This document shows, piece after piece, positions 22,833-34,650 of a stretch of 64,000 nt of DNA. The stretch spans positions 68,510,001 through 68,574,000 of the forward strand of contig JANJGN010000007.1 of the NCBI GenBank assembly GCA_026770705.1. The letters run 5' to 3'. The notes below the pieces were generated by a model that saw nothing but the letters and a program-made list of their open reading frames with translations, had not been told where the DNA came from and searched no databases. Source of the DNA: Isurus oxyrinchus (taxonomy: Eukaryota). Each line of letters begins with the position of its first letter. Position 1 is the first letter of the stretch. Both the position numbers and the translations under genes were made by a program.

Positions 22833-23750
22833 TTTTAAAAATTCATTCACGGGATGACCCTTTGCTGGCTGGGCCAGCATTTATTGCCCATCCCTAATTG
22901 CCCTTGAGAAGATGGTGGTGAGCTGCCTTCTTGAACCGTTGGCAGTTCATGTGGTGTAGGTACATCCACAGTGCTGTTAGGAAGGGAGTTCCAGGATTTT
23001 GACCCAGCAACAGTGAAGGAATGGTGATGTATTTCCAAGGCAGGATGGTGAGTGACTTGAAGGGGAACTTCCAGGTGGTATTGTTCCCATAAATCTACTG
23101 CCTTTGTCCTTTGAGATGGTATTGATCGTGGGTTTGGAAGGTGCTGTTGAAGGAGCCTTGGTGAATTCCTGCAGTGCATCTTGTAGATGGTATATGCTGC
23201 TACTGTGCGCCAGTGGTGGAAGGAGTGAATGTTTGTGGATGTGGTGTCAATCAAGCAGACAGCTTTGTCCTGGACAGTGTCAAGCTTTTTGAGTGTTTTG
23301 GGAGCTGCACTCATCCAGGCAAGTGGAGAGTATTCCATCACAATCCTGACTTGTGCCTTGTAGATGGTGGACAGACTTTGGGGAGTCTGGAGGTGGGTTA
23401 CTTGTCACACGATCCCTAGGCTCCGACCTGCTCTTGTAGCCACGGTATTTATATGGCTAGTTCAGTTTCTGGTCAATGCTAACCCTCAGGATGTTGATAG
23501 TGGGGGATTCAGTGATGGTAATGCCATTAAACTTCAAGGGGTGATGGTTGGATTCTCTCTTGTTGGAGATGGTTATTGCCTGACACTTGTGTGGCGCAAA
23601 TGTTACTTGCCACTTGTGAGCCCAAGCCTGGATATTGTCCAGGTCTTGCTGCATTTGGACATGGACTGCTTCAGTATGTGAGGAGTCGCAAATGGTGCTG
23701 AACATCGTGCAATCAGCGAACATCCCCACTTCTGACCTCATGATGGAAGG
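22833..23750 (-). mobile_element. CR1/L2-group LINE family A, 5'-truncated
   Basis: MFAD(D)CTMF, WAHKWQVTFAPHKC, MEYSPLAW. The 3' tail gggcaataaatgctggcccagccagc..gtcatcccgtgaatgaat is shared with 40100-40482, 44295-46900 and 54343-57048. Confidence 0.9.
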
Positions 23751-26269
23751 TAATTATACTGACCAAGGTAGATCTTAGGAATCCAGACACTTGGTGAGTT
23801 TGAGACATCAAAGTTTGTGCAGGACTTCTATTCCCATCGATAAATAATCATGTGTTAAGGTGAAGACGACAAATAAATCAACATCAGAATTATCAAATTA
23901 ATGTCACAGTTATGTAAGTATTTGTCCAGATTGGCGAGGGAAAGCTGAGAGCTCTGTGCTCTGGACAACGTGCTTATCATGAGAGACAATGTCTGAAAAA
24001 AGAAATATGTTCTGCACTGATTTTATTTCAATTGAGGCGGATATATAAAGAATTGATTAACTGTATTTGCAGTTCTAAGATGTCACTTTGTTGATATATT
24101 AAATGGGCTGAATTCTGAGTTACAAAATTTAAAAAACCTGATACTTCAAGTCCAAACTTCTGCTTTTGGAGAAAGACAAATTATTATTGGCTTGTGATGA
24201 AGCTAAATTATTGATCTAATGGCTGCCATATATAAAAAATTTGGATGGATTTTAATTGGAATCAACCCAATTCATCAGTAATTCATTTTAACTCTGGGGT
24301 TTTGAACAAGACTTTAAACCCAAAAGGTAATGCAAGACCCTTCAGATGTGAATCCAAAGAAGTTTTATTTAAGTAAGGATATAAATTAGTAGAGTTGTAA
24401 TAGAGGATTATGGAGTTATAATATAAAATTAGTTAAATCAAAATTTAACTAATAAAATATATAAAAATAATACATCCATACAATTAAACCTTCTCGGAGG
24501 TATCATTTTTTTCTCGCCTTTCTATACTTAAGCTAATTTCAAGTACATAACCCAAAAGAACATAAGCATACTCATCACATCCAAAAGACCTCTATGACTT
24601 TCTTCAGTGGGTGATCAGTTCCATGAAAGTATGTATCGTCTTCCTTCTTTTGAATAGGTATCTTCAGTCACAATACAGCTAGCTAACTGTCTCTGGAAAT
24701 GGGATTTTTAACCCCTCAGGAAAGTTCAAGACCCCCCTTCTCCACCTGCTAATGGGGTCTTGTCACCCATTGATTGGCTGACATTCTTTTATTTAGCTTA
24801 ATTGGTCTTGGTCTGTGCGTGTAATTAATCATGATAATAGAACAATGAACTTGTTCAATGTGTTCTTTTAATCTTATTTCAGACATAATGACTTTATATT
24901 TTGTATAATTTTGGTTGCTAGGCTTTCTTCTAATCTGATTTAAATGCATACTTTTGTAGCCATTTTGTGTCTACATTTTAACATAAGGTTTGTAAGAAGA
25001 CTATGTCAAACATAAAATCTCTTTTGGAATATACCAAGTATTAACCTGTGTCCAATCTTGTGATAAAACTACTAATTAATTAATAGTTATGTAATTATAA
25101 CTGAGGCTCAATTTTAGTTTCTGGGCTGGGGTCCAACTATTCATTTGAGTTGATGGATCAAGGTCTCAGCTGCCAGTAGTCCTTGTCTGTTGGTTCCATA
25201 GTTATGTACATTCTAATAGTGCAGACCTGTCTTGTTTGTTTAAAACTACAAAAATATTTCTAGCGAGTTAATCGTAATTTAAATGTAAAGTCAGAAGTCA
25301 CATAATAGGTTATATACTTATAAAAGGTGAACTAATAATGTCAGTTCTCTTAATGATTGAAGGTTAAATCTTTTATTGTCATTAAAAGACATACTGCATG
25401 CACTTTGTAATCCTGGCACATGCTTCAATACATAGTTATACGTTGTATCACTGTAAGGTACATGTAGTAATTATGTTGAACTTAACAGAAGTTCAACAAA
25501 ATTGCAGTGTCGTGTATTTTGCTAAAAATATTTCTTTTCAAAGCGTCATTAATCTAGTCAAGCCTTTTAAAATAACTATTGATTGATTCATCTAATGTCT
25601 TCAATTAAAATTAATTGAGGTCCACAATCTTAAAATCATCTGTTGCTGGCTTGCCTAATTCATTGTCGGTGTATCACTGTACAAAGTGATTACTGTCAAG
25701 GAATCATATGTTATTTCTAAGATGATTTCTTTTGGCCCCATTAGTATATTCAGTAAGTTTAGTCTGAGAATGATTGATTTTTATTAAGACTCACCATCCA
25801 AGCTTACTTACACATAGTAATAATATACTAAATTGAGGAGAACGAGGCACTTTGGATTCCTGAGTGTCTGAATGACAACAATCAAAATGGAATATTAGTT
25901 AGGTGAGGTTATAGATATACATTTCAACTATGACAAACTTGTTAGTCTGAAAATATCCAAATCCTTGTACAAATCCTTGCCAGAACTGCATGCGCCAATC
26001 AACAAATTATGCTAATGATCTATTGTAGCTTATTTATCAAACACAGAAAGCTGCAAGTGAGACAAATAAAGTTCTAGTAAAAGCAATGCCATTCCAAGTT
26101 AGGACAGCATTGAACATTCAGCTCAGAATCTAATTTTCTTTGCACTGATGAAAATACCCAAATTAAAGGATGTAACTGCTGAATCAATGAATAGCAGATA
26201 ACCTTCTGATCAGTCCAGGATAAAGATCTTAGCATTACGTTTTGAATCACAATTTATTAATAGCCTGAC

Positions 26270-29200
26270 TTTAACTGCTTTAAAATGGGTGTAAAGATTG
26301 TATCCATAAATGTGCGTAGCATTAAATCTACTACATGATGTGTTGTGACCTTGGATTACCTTGCCAAGGTCAAAGCTGACCTGTTGTTTCTGCAGGAGTG
26401 TGCGATACCGCACCTCAGCTCCTCCAGGCAGTGGTCACGATGGTGGTCCCATGGGCCATCGATCTGGTCGGGACGAAACGACTCTCATTCCTCCAGCCTG
26501 GGTATTCTGCTGCGGGGAGGCAGCTTCACCGTCTCCCAGGTTAAGGAGGTGGTGGGCGGACGCCTCCTCATAGCAGACGTAATGTACAAGAACGCTCCAC
26601 TCCGGTTAATTAATGTCTACGCCCCATCACAACGGGCTGAGCGGCTGGAGGTTTTTCAGCAGCTCCCACTACTGCTGGCGACCTCCAGGCCGATCATTCT
26701 GGGCGGTAACTTCAACTGCATCATCGATGAGGCTGGACGATCCGGCAGGGCCGACAGCAGATTGGATGCTACATCCAGATCCCCGATGGAAACAGTAAAG
26801 GATGCCAAGCTGCATGACGTCTTCAGCAACCCTGCAGACGGAGCACAGCGTAGATACACCTGGTCGCGGCCTGACGGGTCCGTCTGTTCCAGGATAGAAT
26901 TCCTGTTTGTGTCCCGTGCATTCACAATCAGATCCACCGACGTCAAGCCGGTGTTCTTCTCTGACCACTGCCTCCTACTGGCTGACTGTCAGTTAGAGAA
27001 GGACCAGAGGGTTGGCAGGGGAGCATGGAAGCTAAACGTGCAACTGCTGACCCCAGAGAACATTGAGGAGCTCAAGAGGGATTACAAAGGTTGGAGAACC
27101 ATGAAACCCCACTTTGAGTCCCTGACACACTGGTGGGAAGCGATCAAGGGAAACATCAAGAGGTTTTTCGTCCTCAAAGGCACCCAGAAAGCTAGAAAGG
27201 AACAGAGGAAAATGTCCCGACTCCAGAAAAACATGCAGAACCTGCTCTGGCTGCGGTCGTTGGGGGTCGAAATCAAGGAGGAACTCCAAGAGGTGAAGAG
27301 CCAGGAAGCCTCGCTCTTTGCCTCGGAGGCCTCCAAGATCATCTTCCGTTCCAGAGTCCGCTCCGTGGAGCAGGATGAGACGTGCTCACGTTTCTTCTTC
27401 CAAAAGGTACACAGAGAGAGCTCTGTGATCAGCAGCCTGAAGGAAGAAGACGGCTCAGTAAAGTCATTGCAATCTGACATTTTGAGGATCAGCAAATCCT
27501 TCTATGCCGGATTATATGACGTGAAACCCACAGACAGCACGGCCTCCCAGTCCTTCCTGTCCTTTATCACGGAGGTCTTAGACGACAGTACACGGGAGAG
27601 TCTGGACAAAGCGCTAACTCCTGACGAACTGACTGAGGCCCTTGAGTCCTTCGAGAAGAGTAAAACTCCCGGAAGCGACGGCTTGCCGGCGGAGCTGTAT
27701 TCGGGTCTGTGGGACTGGATCGCCCAGACCTGCTAGAAGTGTACGAGAGTATGCTCCTGGCTAGCAGTATGTCAGAATCCATGAGGAAAGGCATTATCAC
27801 CCTCATCTACAAGCACAAGGGGGAAAGGGAGGAAATTAGAAATTGGCGACCCATTTCACTGTTGAATGTGGACTATAAAATTCTGTCCAAGATCAGATCA
27901 AATCCGCTCTGGAATTGGTGATCCACCCTGACCAGACCTGCACTGTGCCGGGCAGGAAGATCTCTGACAGCCTCGTGCTGCTCAGGGATACGATTGCCTA
28001 TGTACAGGACAGGGATGTGGACACCTGCCTCATCAGCCTGGATCAGGAGAAGGCCTTTGGCAGAATATCGCACACCTACATGCTGGATGTGCTCTCCAAA
28101 ATGGGTTTGGGGTTCGCAATTGGATCCAACTGCTCTACACTAACATCAGTAGCGCAGTCTCAATCAATGGGTGGGAATCAGATAGCTTTCCTATTAAATC
28201 TGGAGTCAGGCAGGGCTGCCCTCTCTTGCCTGTTCTTTTCGTGTGTTGCATAGAACCCTTTGCTGAGTCCATCAGGAAGGATCCGGGCATAAGAGGAGTG
28301 ACGATCCCAAGTAGTGGAGGCACTCAGATCAAAGTTTCCCTGTACATGGACGATGTCGCCGTCTTCTGCTCGGATCCGCGGTCGGTGCACAGACTTATCC
28401 ACATCTGCGACCAGTTCGAACTGGCCTTGGGAGCCAAGGTAAATCGTGGGAAGAGCGAGGCCATGTTCTTTGGGAACTTGGCTGACTGATCCTTTGTCCC
28501 GTTCACTGTCAGGGCTGATGGCCTGAAGGTGCTAGGGATATGGTTCGGAGGGACCAGGGCACGCGTTAGAAACTGGAAGGAGCGAGTGTCTATGGTGAAA
28601 AGGAAACTGGGCATGTGGGAGCGACGCTCCCTCTCCATTGCGGGTAAGAACCTGGTCATCAGGTGTGAGGCACTCACGCTATTGCTGTACGTGGCGCAGG
28701 TCTGGCCCATTCCACACTCCTGTGTGGTGGCGATCACCCAAGCCATCTTCCGCTTTATCTGGAGGTCGAAAATGGATCGTGTCCGCAGGGACATGATGTA
28801 CAACCCTCCAGATAAAATGGGAAAAAACGTGCCCAACATCGCCCTCATACTGATGGGCCACGTTTGTGTGCGGCTGCATCAAGCGGTGCGTAGACCCTCA
28901 GTATGCAAACACCAAGTGTCACTACATGCTGAGGTTCTACCTGTCCCCGGTGTTGCAAAGGATGGGTCTGGCCACGATGCCGCGGAACGCTCCAAGTAGT
29001 TGGACCGTGCCGTACCACCTATCCCTCGTGGGAAAATTTATGCAGAGAAACACCTTCGACCACAAGTCCGTCAGGCAGTGGTCGGCACGTAACGTCTTAA
29101 AGGCCCTGAGGGAAAAGGAGAGCGTGGATCCTGTGAGATGGTTCCCTGAGCAGACTGACAAAGTCATTTGGCAGAATGCCTCATCACCAGAACTTTCCAA

Positions 29201-29908
29201 CAAACACCAAAATGTAGCTTGGCTGGTGGTGAGAAAGGCCCTCCCTGTAAGATCCTTCCTACACGCCAGGAGTCTCACCCCCTCTGCACGTTGCCCTCGA
29301 GGTGGCTGTGGTGGGGAAGAGACCGTTGTTCACCTCCTTGTAGATTGTGTCTTTGCGATGAAGGTCTGGAGAGAGATGCAGTGGTTTCTGTCGAGGTTCA
29401 TCCCGAGCAGTTCTGTGACAGAGGACTCTGTGCTCTACGGGCTGTTCCCAGGGACACACACTGAACCAAACATCAACTGCAGCTGGAGGATCATCAACTC
29501 GGTGAAAGATGCTCTTTTCGTCTGCCCGAAACTTGTTGGTTTTCCAGTGCAAATAGTTGTCCCCGACCGAGTGTTGCAGACTGGCACATTCCAAGGTCCA
29601 GGACTACGTGCTGAGGGACACAGTTAAGCTTGGGGCAGCTGCCGCAAAGGCGCAATGTGGAAGGGTTGCTGCCTAAGACTTTTCTGCCACAGTGTACTGG
29701 GGGCTGGGAACTGTAAAGAGCCCCTCAGGCTGTACAGATTAAAATGAATGTCTGCCAATGATTGAAATATTCATTGTTTGTTCTGATACACCTTGTGATT
29801 CATGTTGTAAAAGTTGAACCTGTTTGTATTTTTGTAATGGTGATTTGAAATGGTTCGAAATGTTTTTGAAGATTTATGAATAAAGTATATTTTTGCAAAA
29901 AAAAAAAA
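26270..29908 (+). mobile_element. Tx1-clade (L1 group) non-LTR retrotransposon, ORF2 only, young, with poly(A) and 16-bp TSD
   Basis: ORF2 from ATG 26285 (MGVKIVSINVRSIK) has APE motifs LFLQE, NVYAP, GGNFN, FSDH; RT motifs PGSDG, WRPISLLNVDYKI, DQEKAF, QGCPL, YMDD; and C-terminal CPRGGCGGEETVVHLLVDC. Several frameshifts and stops. AATAAA at 29879-29884, A12 at 29897-29908, TSD ttattaatagcctgac at 26254-26269 and 29909-29924. Confidence 0.95.
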
Positions 29909-30332
29909 TTATTAATAGCCTGACCATGGATTACAGCACATTTTGATGTAATGCTGGATATGACAAACCTTTCAGCAGAAAAAAATATACAATACATGAA
30001 GTCTCTACTGAGAACATGCTTTTAAAGTTATGTGGAGTACCACATAAGAAAATGAATGACATATTCTGTTTTGCATTGTCCTTTAGGAACAAACTTGTGC
30101 AAATAGGTGACAAGTGGAGGCCCTAGAAATTATAATGACATTTTTCTACCTTATGGATGCTTTTCAACTTTTACCTTTTTAAAGAAGGCAATTATGTGCA
30201 ACATTAATAGAAATAATCAACCAGAAAACCCACCTGTCACAAATGAAAACAGAATGTGCTGGAAATACTCAGCAGGACTAGCAGCATTTGAGAAGAGACA
30301 AACAGAGGTTAGTTCAGAAGGTTCAGACACTT

Positions 30333-31450
30333 AGTATCTATGGAGAGGTTGTAAACTGGATTCGAAATTGGCTGTGTGGGAGAAGACAGAGAGTGGTAGT
30401 GGATGATTGCTTCTCAGATTGGAGGTCTGTGACTAGTGGTGTGCCTCAGGGATCTGTGCTGGGACCATTGTTGTTTGTTGTCTAAATCAGTGACTTGGAT
30501 GATAATGTGGTGAATTGGATCAGCAAGTTTGCTGATGACACTAAGATTGGAGGCGTTGTGGACAGCGAGGAAGGCTTTCAAAGCTTCCAGAGAGATCTGG
30601 ACCAGTTGGAAAAATGGGCCAGAAAATGGCAGATGGAATTTAATGTGGACAAGTGTGAGGTGTTACATTTTGGAAGGTCAAACCAATGTAGGACATACAC
30701 AATAAATGGTAGGGCACTGAGGAGTGTGGAGGAACAAAGGGATCTGGGAGTTCAGATACATAATTCCCTGAAAGTGGCGTCACAGGTAGACAAGGTTGTA
30801 AAGAAAGCTTTTGGCATACTGGCCTTCATAAATCAAAGTATTGAGTATAGGAGTTGGGATGTTATGGTGAAGTTGTATAGGACATTGGTGAGGCCAACTT
30901 TGGAGCATTGTGTGCAGTTCTGGTTGCCTAACTACAGGAAGGATATCAGTAAGATTGAGAGAGTGCAGAGAAGATTTAATAGGATGTTGCCGGGTCTTGA
31001 GGAGTTGAGTTACAGGGAAAGATTAAATAGGTTAGGACTTTATTCCTTGCAGCGTGGAAGAATGAGGGGAGATTTGATAGAAGTTTACAAAATTATGATG
31101 GGTATAGACAGAGTAAATGCGAGTAGGCTCTTTCCACTTAGATTAGGAGAGATAAACACAAGAGGACATGGCTTTAGGGTGGAAGGGGAAAGGTTTAGGG
31201 GGAACATTAGGGGGAACTTCTTCACTCAGAGAGTGGTGAGAGTGTGGAACGAGCTACCATCTGATGTGGTAAATGCGGGCTCACTCTTAAGTTTTAAGAA
31301 TAAATTGGATAGATACATGGATGGGAGAGGTCTGGAGGGTTATGGACTAGGTGCATGTCAATGGGACTAGCGGAATAATATTTCGGCCCAGACTAGAAGG
31401 GCCGAATGGCCTGTTTTCTGTGCTGTAGTGTTCTATGGTTCTATTGTTCT
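30333..31450 (+). mobile_element. CR1 LINE 3' fragment, young
   Basis: SGVPQGSVLGPLLF, KFADDTKIGG, WQMEFNVDKC, open ORF 30495-31370 and a (gttctat)n-type terminus. Adjoins a Penelope-type short element at 30240-30330. Confidence 0.95.
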
Positions 31451-32389
31451 AATAGACCCATCTCCGTCTGACAAACTGGGGAGTTAATACCAATATTTTT
31501 GGCCTGTACCAAAGAAGGCAAGTGATTTTTATACCTCCTGGCAGGCTATGTACTGTAATGTGCACTGCCAGGGATAGGACCAGTGATGTACTCATGATAC
31601 AACTGGAGGATCTGCTTAGTGATGTAAATTATTAGGTCTCTAACAGAGTGATCCAACATATTTTCTAAGTGCCAAAATAAAAGTGCTTAGCTGCTTCATT
31701 CTGTAGACATTAGATCATTAAATTCTTTCTGCAGCTGAGGAAATTTGACCAGGAATGCTGTTTATGCTGAAGCACCTTAACAATGTTATTCCTTTGTACA
31801 TGGAAAGTCTAGATCTGTTGGCACACAACTACTATTGTATCACACAGTATCACACATTGCAGAAAATACTTCTTCCAGGGAGTACATACTGTGGCCAGTT
31901 ACAGTTACTGGGTGCTTGAAGGTAGAAAAGAAAGGGAATTGTTTAATTTATTATTAGTTTGCTCTGGCCACCTAAGGATAGCAAGGAAAGCACAATGATT
32001 AGATGATCTTAATCCATATGAACAGTGCTTTTAGCTTGCCATTGTTGGAGACCAGCAGTACAAATGAATGTGCAGATTTGGGCAGGGCACTTTACAATGA
32101 AACAGTAGCAATTCTGCAGAATCTCCTGAAGCAATTCTTACTTTTGGATGTATCTCTAATAGGCTTCAGTCAACATTGGACAACATGGAGATTTGGCTAC
32201 AGCAATTGCTTGCATTTATATAGTGCCTTTAATTTAATGTCTAAAGGGGCTTCACAGGAGTGTTTTCATTCTAAATTTGACACCGAGCCATATAAGACAT
32301 TAGGATGTGACCAAAAGCTTGGTCAAAGAGTTGTAAGGTGTATCTCAGAGGAGTGCAAGCATAAAACAAAATAGGGATTACAGCACGAA

Positions 32390-33025
32390 TGGTAGCCTAG
32401 TGGTGATGTTACTAGATTAGAAATCCAAAGGTCCTGACTAATGCTTTGCAGACAAGTTCAAATCCTACCGTGGCAGCTGTTGGAATTTAAATTCAATTAA
32501 TAAATCTGAAATAAAAAGCTAATTTCAGTAATGATCATGAAACCACTGGATTGTCATAAAAACCCATTTATTTCACCAAATCCTTCAGGGAATGAAATCT
32601 GCTGCCCTTACCAGGTCTGGCCTGAATGTGACTCCAGACCCACAGCAATGTGGTTGACTCTTAACTGCCCTCTGAAATGGCTTTGCAAGCCAGTTGGTTG
32701 CATCAAACTGCTACAAAGTCTACGAAAAGGAATTAAACCATATAGACCACCTGGTGTTGATTGAGTTACTAGAAATGAAATGGCACATCCTGACCAGTCG
32801 ACCCTGCAAAGCCCTCTTTACTAACATCTGGGGACTTGTGCCAAAATTGGAAGAGCTGTCTCACAGACTAGTCAAGCAACAACCTGGTTGTACTCACTGA
32901 ATCATACCTGATGGCCAATGTCCCAGACTCTTCCATCACCATCCCTGGATATGTCATCTCCCACCAGCAGGTCAGATCCATCAAAGATATACAATCAGGA
33001 GCGGGTGGTCCTGGGAGCCCTCAAC
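32390..33025 (+). mobile_element. LINE family A, 5' portion (tRNA-like head, 5' UTR, start of endonuclease)
   Basis: A box TAGCCTAGTGG (~32393) and B box AGTTCAAATCC (~32455), followed by TNIWGLVPKLEELSHRLVKQQP..LTESYL (APE N-terminus). Confidence 0.8.
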
Positions 33026-34650
33026 AATCGGAATATAGGAGCAGGAGTAGACCATTCAGCCCATTGTGCCTGCTCTGCCGTTGAATACAATCGTGGCTGA
33101 TCATCCACTTAAATGCCATTTTCCCAGATTATCCCCATACCCCTTTATGTCATTTGTATTTAGAAATCTGTCAATCTTGGCTTTAAACATACTCAATGAC
33201 TCAGCTTCCAAAGCCCCCGGGGTAAAGAATTCTAACGATTCACAACCCTCTGAATAAAAAAATTTCTCCTCATTTTGGCTCTAAGTGGCGTCCCCCTTAT
33301 TTTGAAATTGTGTCTCCTGGTCCTAGACTCCCCAACCAGGGAAAACATCTTACCTGTAACTGCCCTGTGTAACCTTTTAAGAATTTTGTAGGTTGCAATG
33401 TGATCACCTCTCATTCTTAGAAACACCAGAGAATGCAGGCTGAGTTTCCCCAATCTCTCTTCATAGGACAGTCCTGCCATCCTGGGAACATGTCTGGTGA
33501 ACCTTTGTTGTGCTTCCTCTATGGCAATAACATCCTCCCTAAAGTAAGGGGACAAAAACTGCACACATTACTCTAGGTGCAGTCTAACCAATGTTCTATA
33601 CAATTGAAGCAAGACTTCACCACTCCTGCACTCAAATCCTCTTGCAATAAAGGCCAACATACCATTAGCCTTCCTAATTGTTTGCTGCACCTGCATGTTA
33701 ATTTTCAGTGACTTATTGGTAGGGACATCCAGGTCCCTTTATACATCTAATCTCTCACCATTTAAGAAATACTCTGCACATTTGTTCTTTCTAACAAAGT
33801 GAATAATTTCACATTTTTTCAAATTATATTCCATCTGCCATGTTCTTGCCCACTCACCAAGCCTGTCTGAATCCTTTTGAAGCTGCTTTGCATCTTTCTC
33901 ACAACACCCATTCCCACCTCACTTTGTCATCCGTGAACTTGGAAATATTACATTTTGGTCCCCACATCCAAATCATTGATATATATTGTGAACAGTTGAG
34001 GCCCAAGTACTGATCCTTACAGTATCCCACTTGTCACGGTCTGCCAATGTGACCCTTTTATTCCTACTCTGTTTTCTGCCTGTTAACCAATCTTTAATCC
34101 ATGCCAGTAAACCACCTATCCCATGTGCTTTGATTTTGCTAACCAAACTCTTGTGGGGCAGTCAAAAGCCTTCTGAAAGTCTAAGTATACCACATCCACC
34201 GACTCCCCTTTAGCAATTCTGTTAATAACATCCTCAAAGGAAACTCCAACACATTTGTCAAACATGATTTCCCATTCATTCATCAATGTTGACTATGCCC
34301 AATCATATCATTATTATCTAATTGTCCATTTATCACAAGCTTTATAACAGATTCCAGCATTTTGCCTACTACTGATATCAGGCCAACAGGTCTATAGTTC
34401 CCTGTTTTCTCTCTCCCTCCCTTCTTAAATAGTGGGGTGATATTTTCTACCTTCCAATTTGCAGGAACTGTTCCAGAATCTATATAATTTTGGAAGATGA
34501 TCATTAATGCATCCACTATCTCCATTGCTACCTCTTTCAACACTCTGGGATGTAGACTATCTGGTCCCGGGGACTTATCAACCTTCCATCCCATTAATTT
34601 CTCCAATACAACTTTTCATTTTCACTAGTCCCTTGGATCTCTAATTCTGG
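33026..34650 (-). mobile_element. CR1 LINE (3' and RT part), interrupted by the CR1 at 34651-38644
   Basis: KSPGPDSLHPRVLKE, GNYRPVGLISVVGK, LSYEERL; CR1 3' tail at ~33030. Confidence 0.9.
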
